Positions 9,722 to 19,924 of a stretch of 60,847 bases of DNA are shown here, in pieces. Made by a program: the position numbers and the translations under genes. The stretch comes from a virus. Its lineage: Duplodnaviria > Caudoviricetes. The stretch covers positions 1-60,847 of the IMG/VR virus record IMGVR_UViG_3300016652_000023; one strand, given 5' to 3'. The notes under the pieces are model-generated. The model searched no databases and had not been told where the DNA came from. It saw nothing but the letters and a program-made list of their open reading frames with translations. Positions within the stretch are counted from its first letter, which is position 1. Each line of letters begins with the position of its first letter.

Positions 9722-9788
9722 CTAGGGTTCCCACCCATACAGACTGACCTAGCAGACTTTGTAGAGACGGTATGGGGATGCGCTACAA
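9722..9788 (+). ncRNA. Candidate structured 5' leader with three interlocking helices
   Basis: CTAGG/CCTAG, CCCATAC/GTATGGG, TTGTAG/CTACAA pairs in crossing order just before the RBS of 9801. Confidence 0.4.
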
Positions 9789-9800
9789 CGCGGAGTTATT

Positions 9801-10331
9801 ATGGCTATTTCTACCTTTGACGGTCCAGTACGTTCGCTGGGCGGTTTCTACGCCCAAGGGCCAAACAGCATTATTGACATCCCTAATGCTACGAACACCA
9901 TCACATTGACCACGGCAGGATATGCCGGTCGGTTAATCAAAACGAACGATGCAACGCTCGTTATTACGCTTCCAACCATTATTGCTACGGCTTATTCCAC
10001 AAGCTCTGGTCCCGGCGCTGATCCCAATAGCACCAACAACATTGGTACGGTGTACTCGTTTGTTGTAGAGACCACAGCATCTGCGCTTGTCTTCCAAACC
10101 GATGGCACGGACAAGTTTGTGGGCGGTGTATTTATTGGTATTGATGATGGCGGTGACGGCAAGACCTTTATCTCTGGCGCGTCCAATGATGTCTGTACCT
10201 TAAACGGTACGACTAAGGGCGGGATTGCGGGATCGGTCATTACCTTTACTGCGATTGCATCTGCAAAATACCTTGTCCAAGGAAATCTGCTTGGATCTGG
10301 CGTCCTAGTCACACCATTCAGCGATAGCTAA
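9801..10331 (+). CDS. Putative virion structural protein
   Basis: GGAG RBS; 'MAISTFDGPVRS' N-terminus; T/G-rich. Confidence 0.65.
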   Translation: MAISTFDGPVRSLGGFYAQGPNSIIDIPNATNTITLTTAGYAGRLIKTNDATLVITLPTIIATAYSTSSGPGADPNSTNNIGTVYSFVVETTASALVFQTDGTDKFVGGVFIGIDDGGDGKTFISGASNDVCTLNGTTKGGIAGSVITFTAIASAKYLVQGNLLGSGVLVTPFSDS

Positions 10332-10343
10332 TAGGAGTGCATC

Positions 10344-10862
10344 ATGGGGATGCAAACCGATGTAAAGCAGGCCCATCTAAACGGTAGCGGTTTTTTTGTT
10401 AAAGGCCGCAACCGTGTAAAAGGCATTTCAATGGTTGGGGCGGGTTCTGCGGACGGGACGTTAGTTTTATTTGACGCAGCCGCAGCACCAGTCACTGCAA
10501 GTGTTACTTATGCTCGGTCAGGTACAACCGTGACGGTGTCAAAAACAGCGCATGGTCTTACAAGTGGGTCTGTCATAGGTATTCACTTTGCCTCGGGAAC
10601 TGGCGGTACTGCAACGGATGGGACGTATACCGTGACTCGGATAGATGCCGATAGCTTCTCGGTAACGGACATAAACAGCGGGACGATCACTGGAACCCCG
10701 GCGGCGGTGTATGCAGTGGGCCGTTGGCTTATGACCTATGAAGTAGATTCCACAGATGTGTTTCAGAATGCGCCATTTATTCCGGGTGAAGGTGTATTAG
10801 CCGACACAGCGGTTTATGGCTATATGTCTAACATCGCTGCGGCACAGATCTATTATGGCTAA
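10344..10862 (+). CDS. Putative virion structural protein
   Basis: AGGAG RBS; beta-rich; 'TVTVSKTAHGLTSG' insert; ends 'IYYG'. Confidence 0.65.
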   Translation: MGMQTDVKQAHLNGSGFFVKGRNRVKGISMVGAGSADGTLVLFDAAAAPVTASVTYARSGTTVTVSKTAHGLTSGSVIGIHFASGTGGTATDGTYTVTRIDADSFSVTDINSGTITGTPAAVYAVGRWLMTYEVDSTDVFQNAPFIPGEGVLADTAVYGYMSNIAAAQIYYG

Positions 10863-11109
10863 GACTCCTGCATGGCAACGTGCCGAGGGCAAAAACCCGA
10901 AGGGTGGTTTAAACGCCAAAGGTAGAGCTTCTTACAATGCAGCCAATCCCGGCAAGCCCGGATTGAAACCTCCACAACCAGAAGGCGGCGCAAGGAAGAA
11001 ATCCTTCTGTGCGCGCATGGAGGGCATGAAAAAGAAGCTTACTTCGTCTAAAACCGCCAATGACCCAAATAGCCGTATCAACAAATCATTAAGGGCATGG
11101 AAGTGCTAA
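10855..11109 (+). CDS. Small basic phage protein (DUF6321-like, from memory)
   Basis: 'AWQRAEGKNPKGGLNAKGRASYN...RKKSFCARM...SLRAWKC'. Confidence 0.7.
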   Translation: MAKTPAWQRAEGKNPKGGLNAKGRASYNAANPGKPGLKPPQPEGGARKKSFCARMEGMKKKLTSSKTANDPNSRINKSLRAWKC

Positions 11110-11364
11110 ATGGAAACGGGTACGCTTGTTTGGAATCTAATCACTTCGTTTTTAGTGGGGCTGGTGATGTTCATGTTGAAGCAAGCTTCTGATGAACAGA
11201 AACGCATCCAGATCCTATTAAATAGAACTCGGGAGGAAATAGCCCGTGATCACATTACCCGTGCAGAAGTTAGGCAGGATCTTGAAAAAATTATGGAAAG
11301 ATTTGATTCAGGCTTTGAAAGGCTTGAAGCAAAAATTGATGCCCTTGCGAAAGGAAAACAGTGA
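11110..11364 (+). CDS. Small membrane-anchored coiled-coil protein
   Basis: N-terminal hydrophobic helix then heptad-rich region. Confidence 0.7.
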   Translation: METGTLVWNLITSFLVGLVMFMLKQASDEQKRIQILLNRTREEIARDHITRAEVRQDLEKIMERFDSGFERLEAKIDALAKGKQ

Positions 11365-11621
11365 TGGCCCGAATGAACAAAGATGATCCCCGTCAAGGCC
11401 GTGGCTATCACGGCGATTCTCCATACAACCCTAACTATGATCTGGTTCCAACCATGAAAGAGAAGGGTGCTATGCAGCAAGAAACTGAAGACGAGAAGCT
11501 GCGTAAGTTAGATAAGCGTCCTAATCTTGGCAAAATGTTCAAGAATGGCGGCTATGTCCGTGCAGCAGATGGATGCGCCCAGCGCGGTAAAACCAAAGGC
11601 ACAATGGTGGTGATGAAATGA
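11361..11621 (+). CDS. Small protein with shared C-terminal GG..ADG.A.RGKTKG motif
   Basis: Coupled ORF; motif shared with neighbours. Confidence 0.7.
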   Translation: MMARMNKDDPRQGRGYHGDSPYNPNYDLVPTMKEKGAMQQETEDEKLRKLDKRPNLGKMFKNGGYVRAADGCAQRGKTKGTMVVMK

Positions 11622-12343
11622 AAAAGCGCAAAGTCAAACGGTTTCAAGAGGGCGACTTAGTATCACCTGGATTTGCTAGTGATGAAGAGCGCAAACGAGC
11701 CATGCGTGGAGCCATCATGGAAACGGGCGCATATGCTGACGCAGATAACTATGGGCGAAACGAAAACCGTGCAGGCCGGATGAGTACATTAGATCCTAGT
11801 GATATAGAGGATGCTATTCGTGGCAGGCAAATGACAGGAACACTAGGCAACGTCGAGTATCCAAATCGCCTTCGTGAAGCAGCTCAAGCAGCAGGTACTG
11901 CCAGGGAAGATACAGGTGTTGGCATGTTATCGGGGGTCACAAGACCAGCAACAACTCCTGCAACAACCAAACCCAAGCCTCCTGTAGTAACCAAAGAGCA
12001 AATGCAAAAAGCTGGTTACGACAACCTTCGTGACTATCTTAATGCTCAACAAGGGCTGCGCCGCAGGGGAACTCCGGCAAAAACGGAAGAGGTGTCATAC
12101 CAGTATGACAGCAAAAAATTCATGCCACAGAACCGTCGTGAAGCGTTGGCAGAAAAAGCCCGTGAAGCACGTATTAGCCCATCAATTATGAAAGCAGATC
12201 GTTTCGGCATGGAGCCAGATGCTTATATCCTGAAGCGTAAGCTGAAAGAGGCTGGGTACAAAAAGGGCGGTAAAGTGTCATCAGCATCTAAACGAGCGGA
12301 TGGTATTGCTACAAAAGGAAAGACACGCGGGAGGATCATTTGA
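11618..12343 (+). CDS. Hypothetical protein with shared C-terminal motif
   Basis: Ends YKKGGKVSSASKRADGIATKGKTRGRII. Confidence 0.75.
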   Translation: MKKRKVKRFQEGDLVSPGFASDEERKRAMRGAIMETGAYADADNYGRNENRAGRMSTLDPSDIEDAIRGRQMTGTLGNVEYPNRLREAAQAAGTAREDTGVGMLSGVTRPATTPATTKPKPPVVTKEQMQKAGYDNLRDYLNAQQGLRRRGTPAKTEEVSYQYDSKKFMPQNRREALAEKAREARISPSIMKADRFGMEPDAYILKRKLKEAGYKKGGKVSSASKRADGIATKGKTRGRII

Positions 12344-12708
12344 TGGATAAGATGAGTCGCGTGATGAAAGAGTTTAAAGAAGGCAAGTTAAAGTCTTCCT
12401 CTGGGCAAAAAGTCACTAACCCCAAACAAGCCATAGCGATTGGCATATCGGAGCAAAAAGCCATGAAAGGTTACAAGATGGGTGGAGAACCCAAGGCAAT
12501 GGTCAAGAAAGAAGTTGCCTTTATGAAAGCCAAGGGCGCACCGAAGTCAATGGTCAAGCATGAAATGGCCGAGATGAAAGGTATGAAAGCTGGTGGCATG
12601 ACTAAGATGGGCGCAGTAAAGACTGCTGCACCATCTATTAACGGCATTGCCAAGAAAGGCAAGACCAAAGGCACGATGATCAAAATGCGTAACGGCGGTT
12701 CATGCTAA
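12340..12708 (+). CDS. K/M/G-rich small protein (DUF6496-like N-terminus, from memory) with shared C-terminal motif
   Basis: 'VMKEFKEGKLKSSSGQKVTNPKQAIAI'; ends GIAKKGKTKGTM. Confidence 0.7.
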   Translation: MMDKMSRVMKEFKEGKLKSSSGQKVTNPKQAIAIGISEQKAMKGYKMGGEPKAMVKKEVAFMKAKGAPKSMVKHEMAEMKGMKAGGMTKMGAVKTAAPSINGIAKKGKTKGTMIKMRNGGSC

Positions 12709-12765
12709 GAAGCGTGTAAGACTAGCGGTAGTTTGTTGTCATTCTAAATCTACAAATGGATTGAA

Positions 12766-15700
12766 ATGTCTACATCTTACTCAAGAGAAGATATTGTAGA
12801 TTTAGCGGTAACACTTATTAACTCAGGCGTAAGTCTAGAGGATGTTATTGCCGCCGCTGCCAATTATGGTGTTGATCTAGCCGCAGTTTATTACTCAGAC
12901 CCCGGTACAACAGTTACGGTAGATGTCCCAGCGGATACCGGCCCTGTAGATACTGGCCCTGTTTATTCTGAGCCAGTTTACTCAGAACCAGTTAGCTCAG
13001 GTTTTGAAGACGTTATTGTCGACCCTAGAAGTAGTTCTTTAGGTAGTGGGCCTGTAGAAACTTTTGTTTATAACGAACCTGTTATAGAGAACGTTCCTGC
13101 TCCTGACACTAGCTCTGTAACTAGCGGCCCTGTAGAAAGCCCTTTATCAACAGTTTCATCAGGTTCTGTTGATAATCGTCCTATTTACACCCAAGAACAA
13201 TACCAAGCCGCCGGGCAATTTATAGCTCAAAATATTGACAAGCCCGAAGTCATAGCTCAAGTTGCTCAAAATCTAGGTCTTTCAACCCAAGATATTTTGG
13301 CCGCAGCACAAACGGTAAATACAGGCGTAACAACAGGAGATGTAGAAAATTACCTAACTAAAGCTACTAGCCCTGTAGATACCGGCCCTGTAGATACAGG
13401 ATCTGTTGATACTGGACCTGTAATTCCTGGACCAATAGTTTCTGGCCCTGTGGACACTGGCATTGTTGATACCGGTCCTGTAGATACCGGTTTTGTAGAT
13501 ACAACCCCTGTTATTGCTGCCCCTGCCGCACCATCACTTGCTGACAGATATACACCAGAGCAATACGCAGCGACAGGGGAATGGTTATTAAAAAATATTG
13601 ATGACCCCGCTGCCATCAAACAAAAAGCGGCAGAGTTAGGTGTAAAGGTTGAAGAGTTAGCTAAAGCAGCGCAAACAGTTAACCCAGACATTACGGTTGC
13701 TGATGTCACCAATTACATTAACCGTACGCCAGAGCAGGCAGCATTTACACAGACTCAAGTAAATGAAGCCGTTTTGACAGCTTTGCAAAACGGCATGACG
13801 ACCGCAGAAATTAAAGAAATAGCAGAAGAATTAAAAGTACCTACGGCGTCAATTGATAACGCTTTTGTCAAATTGGTAGGCAATCAATCAGACGCAGACA
13901 TTATCAAAGGCGTTTCGGCGCTTACAACAACCGGGAGCATTACGTTTGAAAACATAGTTGCTTACGCAGATGAAAACAAATTACCGTATGCAACAGTAGC
14001 TAATGCACTTAAATCAACATTCAAAAACACAACCCAAGAACAGATACTAGATTCAATGGTCTATGAAAAGGACCGTCAGCAATTTAGTGCGTTAGAAAAA
14101 CCAGCGTTAGATAAAGATGGAAAGCCCGTATTAGATGCAAAAGGCAATCCTGTTATTACGGTAAATCTTGGGGATGCAATTGCACAGAGTATCAAACAAG
14201 GGATCTCGCCAGAGAACTTAGCCAAGTTTTATGGCAAGTCAGAAGATGAATTTAAAGATTTAGTAAACACTAACCTAAAACAAGTAGCAACGACGCTTCG
14301 CACTGCTGGCATTGATGCACAGCAGGGTTTGACGGACTTGCTTGGCGTAGATAAATCGGCAACGCAAACTGCTTTGCGTGATGTAGATATATCAAACAAG
14401 CTGCAGGATTTACAGAAAGATAATCTTACATACAGTGAAATACTTGGCGTTGCCAAGGAAAACGATATATCAATCACTGATTTTGTAAATAAATATCTTG
14501 GCGGCGAAGAAAAAGAGAAAACGGCGCTTAAAGAAGCTTTAACGGCTGAATCACAATTTACGCCGCAAGAACAGGCCTTACGGGATGCTTACAGAGGGTT
14601 AGAGGCTGCGCCAACGATGCAACAGGTGCTTGACTACCAAAGCAAGCAAAAATTATCTGATGCTGATATGGAGCGAATCTTTGGCGAGTTTACAAAAGTA
14701 ACTGCCAAGGATTTGGATAACTACCGTGTAAGTACGGCGCTGCAAGGATATAGCGGCGAGGATAAACAACTGAGTTACCAAGAGTTAGCGCAGTTTGCCA
14801 AAGACAACAACATGGATTTATCCAAGGTTGTAAGTTATGTGGGAACCAGCGAGTCGCAGCCAGAGATCTTAAAAAACCTACAGGCATACGTTAAAGACGA
14901 AGAGTTTAAACAGTCGCTAAGTGGCACTGAACTTACAGACTATCAAGGCAAAAAATACGCAGCATCGGATTTGATGAAGCTTGCCGAACAGGTCAAGCAA
15001 AACTTTGACTTGAAATCATCTAGCGGCGGTGTGTACAAAACCGAAGGTCAAAGCGTAGGGTTTGATTACGACGAAGCCAAAAAACTGTTTCCTGAAGGTA
15101 AAGCTCCAACGACTGTAGACCAAGTTGCTCTTGACATGGCTCGCGGTCTTCTGCAACAAGGTATCACTGACGTATCAGAACTTGCTAAATACAAGCCCAC
15201 GGAAGTAACTTACAGTGAACCAAGCCCAGAAGGCGGCGGCACAATAGAGCGAACAGAAACAAAATACATAGACCCTGCTACAGGCAAAGAATTTGTTCCA
15301 TATTTAGGCGCAACCTACACAGGCGAAGGCGGTACGAATTATCAGGTTAAGGTAGATGAGTCTGGCAAACCTGTGTTTTCAACAACGTTTGAAGACACGT
15401 CAGACAAACAAGAAGTTGGCATGGTGCTGGCCTTTGCTGCAGCCGTAGTTGCACCACAAATTCTTCCTGAGTTGATAGGTTCTACCGTAGGTGGCGTAGA
15501 ACTGGCTATGCTGGGTGGAGAAGCTGTGGCTGGCACAGGTCTTACTGGATCGTTAATGGCCGCAGGAGTTCCCGCCTCTATTGCACCTTATGCTGCGTCT
15601 ATGGTTGTTAATGGTACTTTTAATGGGGTAATGGCAGAAGCATCAGGCGGTGACTTTAACAAAGGATTTGCTAGTGGTATAGCGCCAGTCATTGGGCAGA

Positions 15701-18700
15701 TTACGGCGAATGCCGTTAATTCAGCGTTAGCAGAATTTAATTTGCCAGCAGGCATAGACAAAGCCGCAGGCAACGCAGTCATGCAACTCGTTGCAAAAGG
15801 CGAGATTGACCCAACACAAGTCATTACAGCGGGCGTAGCGCCAACGCTATCTAAAGCAATCCAAGACGCAACAGGTCTTAATGCCGCACAAACAAAGTTA
15901 GTGTTAGACACGGTAGTCACGCAAGGCAAGAATTTAGAAGCGTTGATGAACCCATCGACCGCTGTGAACTTTGTGATGCAAAACAAAGGATTGTTTGACA
16001 ACCTTGGTTTAGACGCTGCATCTGGGGCAAAAAACATCCAAACAGGACAGGCGGTAGATCTTGGAGCTTTCAACGAAGGTGAAATCAAGCAACTACAGTC
16101 AACGCCAACAGAGCCGGTTTTTGATGACACGTTAAGACTAGATACAGTTACTGGGCTAGGCGAAGATACGATAACGCCCGTCAAAGAAGATGTGATCACG
16201 CAGCCAACGGTCACGCAGCCAATCGGCTTAGACACATCTTCAAGTATCACGACGCCTAGTACAAAACCTAGCACAACGACTAACGTCATTGATGAGTTTT
16301 TAGGTTATGACTCAGCCATTAAAGCAGCAGAAGCTTTAGCATCCGGAGCCACCCAGTTTGAGGGCGTCGAAGCTGTCCAGCGATTTAATGAAGCGCGGGC
16401 AGCTGGTGCTTTGGACTTCCAAGGTTACGACATGGCAAAGCTTGAAGCTTCACTAATTGCCAATCAAAAGACTCAAGAAAAGGCAAGAGAAGCTGCGGAA
16501 ACGCTTTACGGGAAAGGGGCTTCTTACAGCTACGGCGGTAAGTTTTATGAAGGTGAGCAGCAAATGACGGTGCTGCGCGATGCTAGTGGAAAGGAAACGA
16601 AACTTTCTAAAGAGGCAACGCTTATCACCAATTCAAGCGGCGGCGTGACTGGGTATATCCAAAACGGCGTAACGTATGAATTAAGAGATGGTAGTTTTGT
16701 TCCTAAAGGTGCTGTTGAAGCGCCGGGTTCGGCAGAAGTCCCCCAGGCGCGACTTGAAAATGGCATGTACACGGTACAAGGATTTCAAGCCGCCGGGGGT
16801 GGCAAAAGCAAGGAAGATTATGATCGTTACGTAGTGGTCGCCAACGACTTAATATCCAAAGGTTACAACGCGTCGGGCGTTAACCCAACAGGATTTAATT
16901 CACAAAAAGCATTAGAAGCGGATATGTCTACCCGCGCAGGCGTAGTTGCAACAAGCGCAGGATATACACAACCAACGCAAGCCCCGCTGAGTTCTTACAG
17001 AGCGACAGCAAGTTCTTTGTTAAACGGCTTTGGTCATTTAGCGATGGTTTCTGGGAGCGCCGGGGCAAATTTTGCATCAGAAGCTTTGAACGGATTAGGC
17101 CAAACGGAAATGGCCGACCGGTTAAAACAGGCCTCAACAGATGCTTTTTATGCAGCAAGGAATATTGTTGCAACAAGCCCAGATGCGGAAAAGACATTGG
17201 CTGTATCGTCTGGCCTTTTATCCGGGCTATCAATTATTTTAACCGGCGGGTCGGTTTGGGCTACAGGGATTGCACCAACATTAGTAGCCACAAATGAAGC
17301 GTATTTAGACGGCAAAGATCGTGGCTTAGATGATGTTACGGCATATCAACGAGCGCTTGGCGTGGGAATGGCGGAGTATGTTGGCGAAACCATAGCAAAC
17401 AAAGTGCTGCTTGGCGCAATAAAACCAACAGTAGCTCCCGGAACATCAGTGGCTATAAGAGAAAGCCTTACGTCAGAGATGTCAAAGCTGCCATTCAATG
17501 CCACTAAAGCAGAACTTGCCTCAATGGTTGGCACATGGGCAAAGATCAACGGCGTAGAACAGCTTACTGAAGCTGTTACGACAGCGTTGCAAATGGCTAA
17601 CGATCAGATTTACGGCATTACAGATACAACGCCGACAACCGCTGAAGGGTGGGCGAAGCTGGCAGCATCTCAATTTGAGACGGTATTTGGCGCAACAAAT
17701 ATTGCACTTGGACTTGGCGGCGGTGCATTTGCAGCGTCTCGGGCTGCGAATCTAGGCTTGATTGATATACAAATTGCAGACAAATTGTCTCAAAAAGAAC
17801 CGGATACAAAGCTGGATGATGTTTTGGATGTTGTGCCAGTAACAAAACCTGTAGAGCTTTTAACGGACAGCAATAATAAGGCGCAGCTCAACGCCGACGG
17901 CACGCCGATTGTGATTAAAGAAGTAGTCAATGAGCCTGCATTAGATGTTGTGTCTGGCGATCCAATAGAAATTTCATCAAGTCAGCCTGCTCAGTCAGTC
18001 TTTGATGTTGTGCTGAACAACGAAGACAAAGGTTATGTGGTCACAAGTGTTGATTTAAATGGCAATACGTTCAACATTACAAATACTGATGGTTCAACGG
18101 CGACGTTGAATGCTCAAGAATTGCAAAACAATGCGCTCAACATCATCACGCAAGCTGATCCAGCTGCGCTAGAGACGTTGAAGAGCGAAGGATCTCTTGT
18201 ATCGGATTTATCTAATGAGGTTGCTAAGTCAGTAAACATAAACGCTATTGCAGGCGAATTACAGACGGGTGATGTCATAACATCCAACGATAAAGGCGCA
18301 CTCGTACTAACAAACGATGGGTCTGTGGCTTTTGTTCCAAACACAGAGGGTAAGGATGGTTTGGTAGTTAAAACAGGCGACCAAGTAACTTTTGGAAATG
18401 GGTCGGTTACAGTATCGCAATCCAATGAAACGGTTGGGGCGACCTCTAACCAAGGTACTATTTTGCTGGCTGACCCAGAAACAAAGACAGCTATCGTAGA
18501 AACAAAAGATGGTGTTGATATTATCGACACAACAATGATGGGTGACGTAAAAACAGGAGACACCATTGTTGTCACTGATACAAAAGCAGGCGGAACCCCA
18601 GTTGAAACAGCCACGAAAGAAGGATCAACGCTTGATCTAAGCGGTCTTGATTTAAGCGGCCTAGATCTTTCAGGCATTGATACATCTAACCAATTGCCTG

Positions 18701-19725
18701 TGATTATCCCTAGCACGCCACCAGTAGATACATCATCAGGTTTAATTGGCGATACGAAGCAAGACATGGGGTCACCCATCGTAGGTGATACTGTTGTTGA
18801 CACAATCCCCATAGACACGGGTGACACAACGACACTTCTGCCACCAATAATTACGCTGCCAGAAGACAAGGGTATTGATTTAGAAACACCCCCTGCGTTG
18901 GTTACGGGGGATGTACTTCCTGCGGTTAAGGATGACACATTGGGTATAACTGGCCCGACGATTACTGTTGGTGAGGTCGTAAAGGTTGATCCAGATACTA
19001 AGACAGCAATTATTGACACAGGAAGCCCAAGCCCGACCGTTGTGACTACTGGAGGCATTGACGTAAAAGATGGTAGTAGTGTTGTGATTGACCCGAAAGA
19101 CAACACAGTAGTTGGGGTGCTGCCAGATACAAAAGTGGATGTAACGCCACCCACACCACCTGTATTAGATACAAAACTTCCGGATGGAAACGTACCTACG
19201 GGACCGATTGTTGTAAACCCTGCGGTGACACTACCCGGAGGATTAGGAGTAGACACGGTTCCAACAGGCGCAGATACATTGCCGGTAGGAGGTTTAGATT
19301 TACTTCCGGGTCCAACTACAGTCCCAGGGGTCGGTGTGGACACAATCCCTGCTATTGGTGCAGACACAATTCCGGGGATTGGCGCAGATACGATTCCTGC
19401 GGTTGGCGCAGATACGGTACCAGCTGCTGGCGGTGATAAGACTTCTGGGGGAGGGACAAAAGCGGTACAGTTCCCGGCACTGTATTTACCATTTGGCACA
19501 GTTGGTCAGCAAGGTTATACAAACTACGGTTATCCAGTAGTTGGCCCTCCAGAGCTTTATGGAACGTATGAAATGCCGTATCCTAATTACCTACGCCCGT
19601 TAGACCCGTACTTGGGTTATGGACTAGCGGCCCTTATGGGGAATCTATATGCTCAAGAGCAGGGGAATGGGGGCAATCAATCCCTCCAAAATGCCCAAGG
19701 CCAAAGTACGACCGCGCCGCGATAA
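12766..19725 (+). CDS. Giant acidic low-complexity protein of unknown function (2319 aa)
   Basis: Uninterrupted 6.96 kb ORF; VDTGP and GADT(I/V)P repeats; hydrophobic G/A-rich stretches. Confidence 0.85.
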   Translation: MSTSYSREDIVDLAVTLINSGVSLEDVIAAAANYGVDLAAVYYSDPGTTVTVDVPADTGPVDTGPVYSEPVYSEPVSSGFEDVIVDPRSSSLGSGPVETFVYNEPVIENVPAPDTSSVTSGPVESPLSTVSSGSVDNRPIYTQEQYQAAGQFIAQNIDKPEVIAQVAQNLGLSTQDILAAAQTVNTGVTTGDVENYLTKATSPVDTGPVDTGSVDTGPVIPGPIVSGPVDTGIVDTGPVDTGFVDTTPVIAAPAAPSLADRYTPEQYAATGEWLLKNIDDPAAIKQKAAELGVKVEELAKAAQTVNPDITVADVTNYINRTPEQAAFTQTQVNEAVLTALQNGMTTAEIKEIAEELKVPTASIDNAFVKLVGNQSDADIIKGVSALTTTGSITFENIVAYADENKLPYATVANALKSTFKNTTQEQILDSMVYEKDRQQFSALEKPALDKDGKPVLDAKGNPVITVNLGDAIAQSIKQGISPENLAKFYGKSEDEFKDLVNTNLKQVATTLRTAGIDAQQGLTDLLGVDKSATQTALRDVDISNKLQDLQKDNLTYSEILGVAKENDISITDFVNKYLGGEEKEKTALKEALTAESQFTPQEQALRDAYRGLEAAPTMQQVLDYQSKQKLSDADMERIFGEFTKVTAKDLDNYRVSTALQGYSGEDKQLSYQELAQFAKDNNMDLSKVVSYVGTSESQPEILKNLQAYVKDEEFKQSLSGTELTDYQGKKYAASDLMKLAEQVKQNFDLKSSSGGVYKTEGQSVGFDYDEAKKLFPEGKAPTTVDQVALDMARGLLQQGITDVSELAKYKPTEVTYSEPSPEGGGTIERTETKYIDPATGKEFVPYLGATYTGEGGTNYQVKVDESGKPVFSTTFEDTSDKQEVGMVLAFAAAVVAPQILPELIGSTVGGVELAMLGGEAVAGTGLTGSLMAAGVPASIAPYAASMVVNGTFNGVMAEASGGDFNKGFASGIAPVIGQITANAVNSALAEFNLPAGIDKAAGNAVMQLVAKGEIDPTQVITAGVAPTLSKAIQDATGLNAAQTKLVLDTVVTQGKNLEALMNPSTAVNFVMQNKGLFDNLGLDAASGAKNIQTGQAVDLGAFNEGEIKQLQSTPTEPVFDDTLRLDTVTGLGEDTITPVKEDVITQPTVTQPIGLDTSSSITTPSTKPSTTTNVIDEFLGYDSAIKAAEALASGATQFEGVEAVQRFNEARAAGALDFQGYDMAKLEASLIANQKTQEKAREAAETLYGKGASYSYGGKFYEGEQQMTVLRDASGKETKLSKEATLITNSSGGVTGYIQNGVTYELRDGSFVPKGAVEAPGSAEVPQARLENGMYTVQGFQAAGGGKSKEDYDRYVVVANDLISKGYNASGVNPTGFNSQKALEADMSTRAGVVATSAGYTQPTQAPLSSYRATASSLLNGFGHLAMVSGSAGANFASEALNGLGQTEMADRLKQASTDAFYAARNIVATSPDAEKTLAVSSGLLSGLSIILTGGSVWATGIAPTLVATNEAYLDGKDRGLDDVTAYQRALGVGMAEYVGETIANKVLLGAIKPTVAPGTSVAIRESLTSEMSKLPFNATKAELASMVGTWAKINGVEQLTEAVTTALQMANDQIYGITDTTPTTAEGWAKLAASQFETVFGATNIALGLGGGAFAASRAANLGLIDIQIADKLSQKEPDTKLDDVLDVVPVTKPVELLTDSNNKAQLNADGTPIVIKEVVNEPALDVVSGDPIEISSSQPAQSVFDVVLNNEDKGYVVTSVDLNGNTFNITNTDGSTATLNAQELQNNALNIITQADPAALETLKSEGSLVSDLSNEVAKSVNINAIAGELQTGDVITSNDKGALVLTNDGSVAFVPNTEGKDGLVVKTGDQVTFGNGSVTVSQSNETVGATSNQGTILLADPETKTAIVETKDGVDIIDTTMMGDVKTGDTIVVTDTKAGGTPVETATKEGSTLDLSGLDLSGLDLSGIDTSNQLPVIIPSTPPVDTSSGLIGDTKQDMGSPIVGDTVVDTIPIDTGDTTTLLPPIITLPEDKGIDLETPPALVTGDVLPAVKDDTLGITGPTITVGEVVKVDPDTKTAIIDTGSPSPTVVTTGGIDVKDGSSVVIDPKDNTVVGVLPDTKVDVTPPTPPVLDTKLPDGNVPTGPIVVNPAVTLPGGLGVDTVPTGADTLPVGGLDLLPGPTTVPGVGVDTIPAIGADTIPGIGADTIPAVGADTVPAAGGDKTSGGGTKAVQFPALYLPFGTVGQQGYTNYGYPVVGPPELYGTYEMPYPNYLRPLDPYLGYGLAALMGNLYAQEQGNGGNQSLQNAQGQSTTAPR

Positions 19726-19924
19726 CACAGACTTTCTTCAGTTTGCAGAAGGCGGGAAGGTTAATGCGGCAGGTAATTACACAAAGCCGGGGATGCGAAA
19801 GCGTTTGTTTAACCAGATCAAAGCTGCTGCGGTACAAGGCACAGGTGCTGGCCAATGGTCGGCCAGAAAGGCACAGCTTCTAGCCAAGCGGTATAAAGCC
19901 GCAGGAGGTGGGTATCGTGACTGA
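19649..19924 (+). CDS. Small basic protein (resembles N-terminal half of DUF5872-like proteins, from memory)
   Basis: 'GNYTKPGMRK...GQWSARKAQLLAKRYKAAGGGY'. Confidence 0.7.
   Translation: MLKSRGMGAINPSKMPKAKVRPRRDNTDFLQFAEGGKVNAAGNYTKPGMRKRLFNQIKAAAVQGTGAGQWSARKAQLLAKRYKAAGGGYRD

Noticed and set aside
8666-9800. Group I intron carrying the GIY-YIG gene
   Set aside because: The capsid ORF is complete and followed by a terminator; the endonuclease has its own promoter and RBS; I saw no split exon
18114-19499. 461-aa antisense ORF (and similar ones at 235-984 and 15588-16289)
   Set aside because: Shadow frames of long + strand genes with biased codon use
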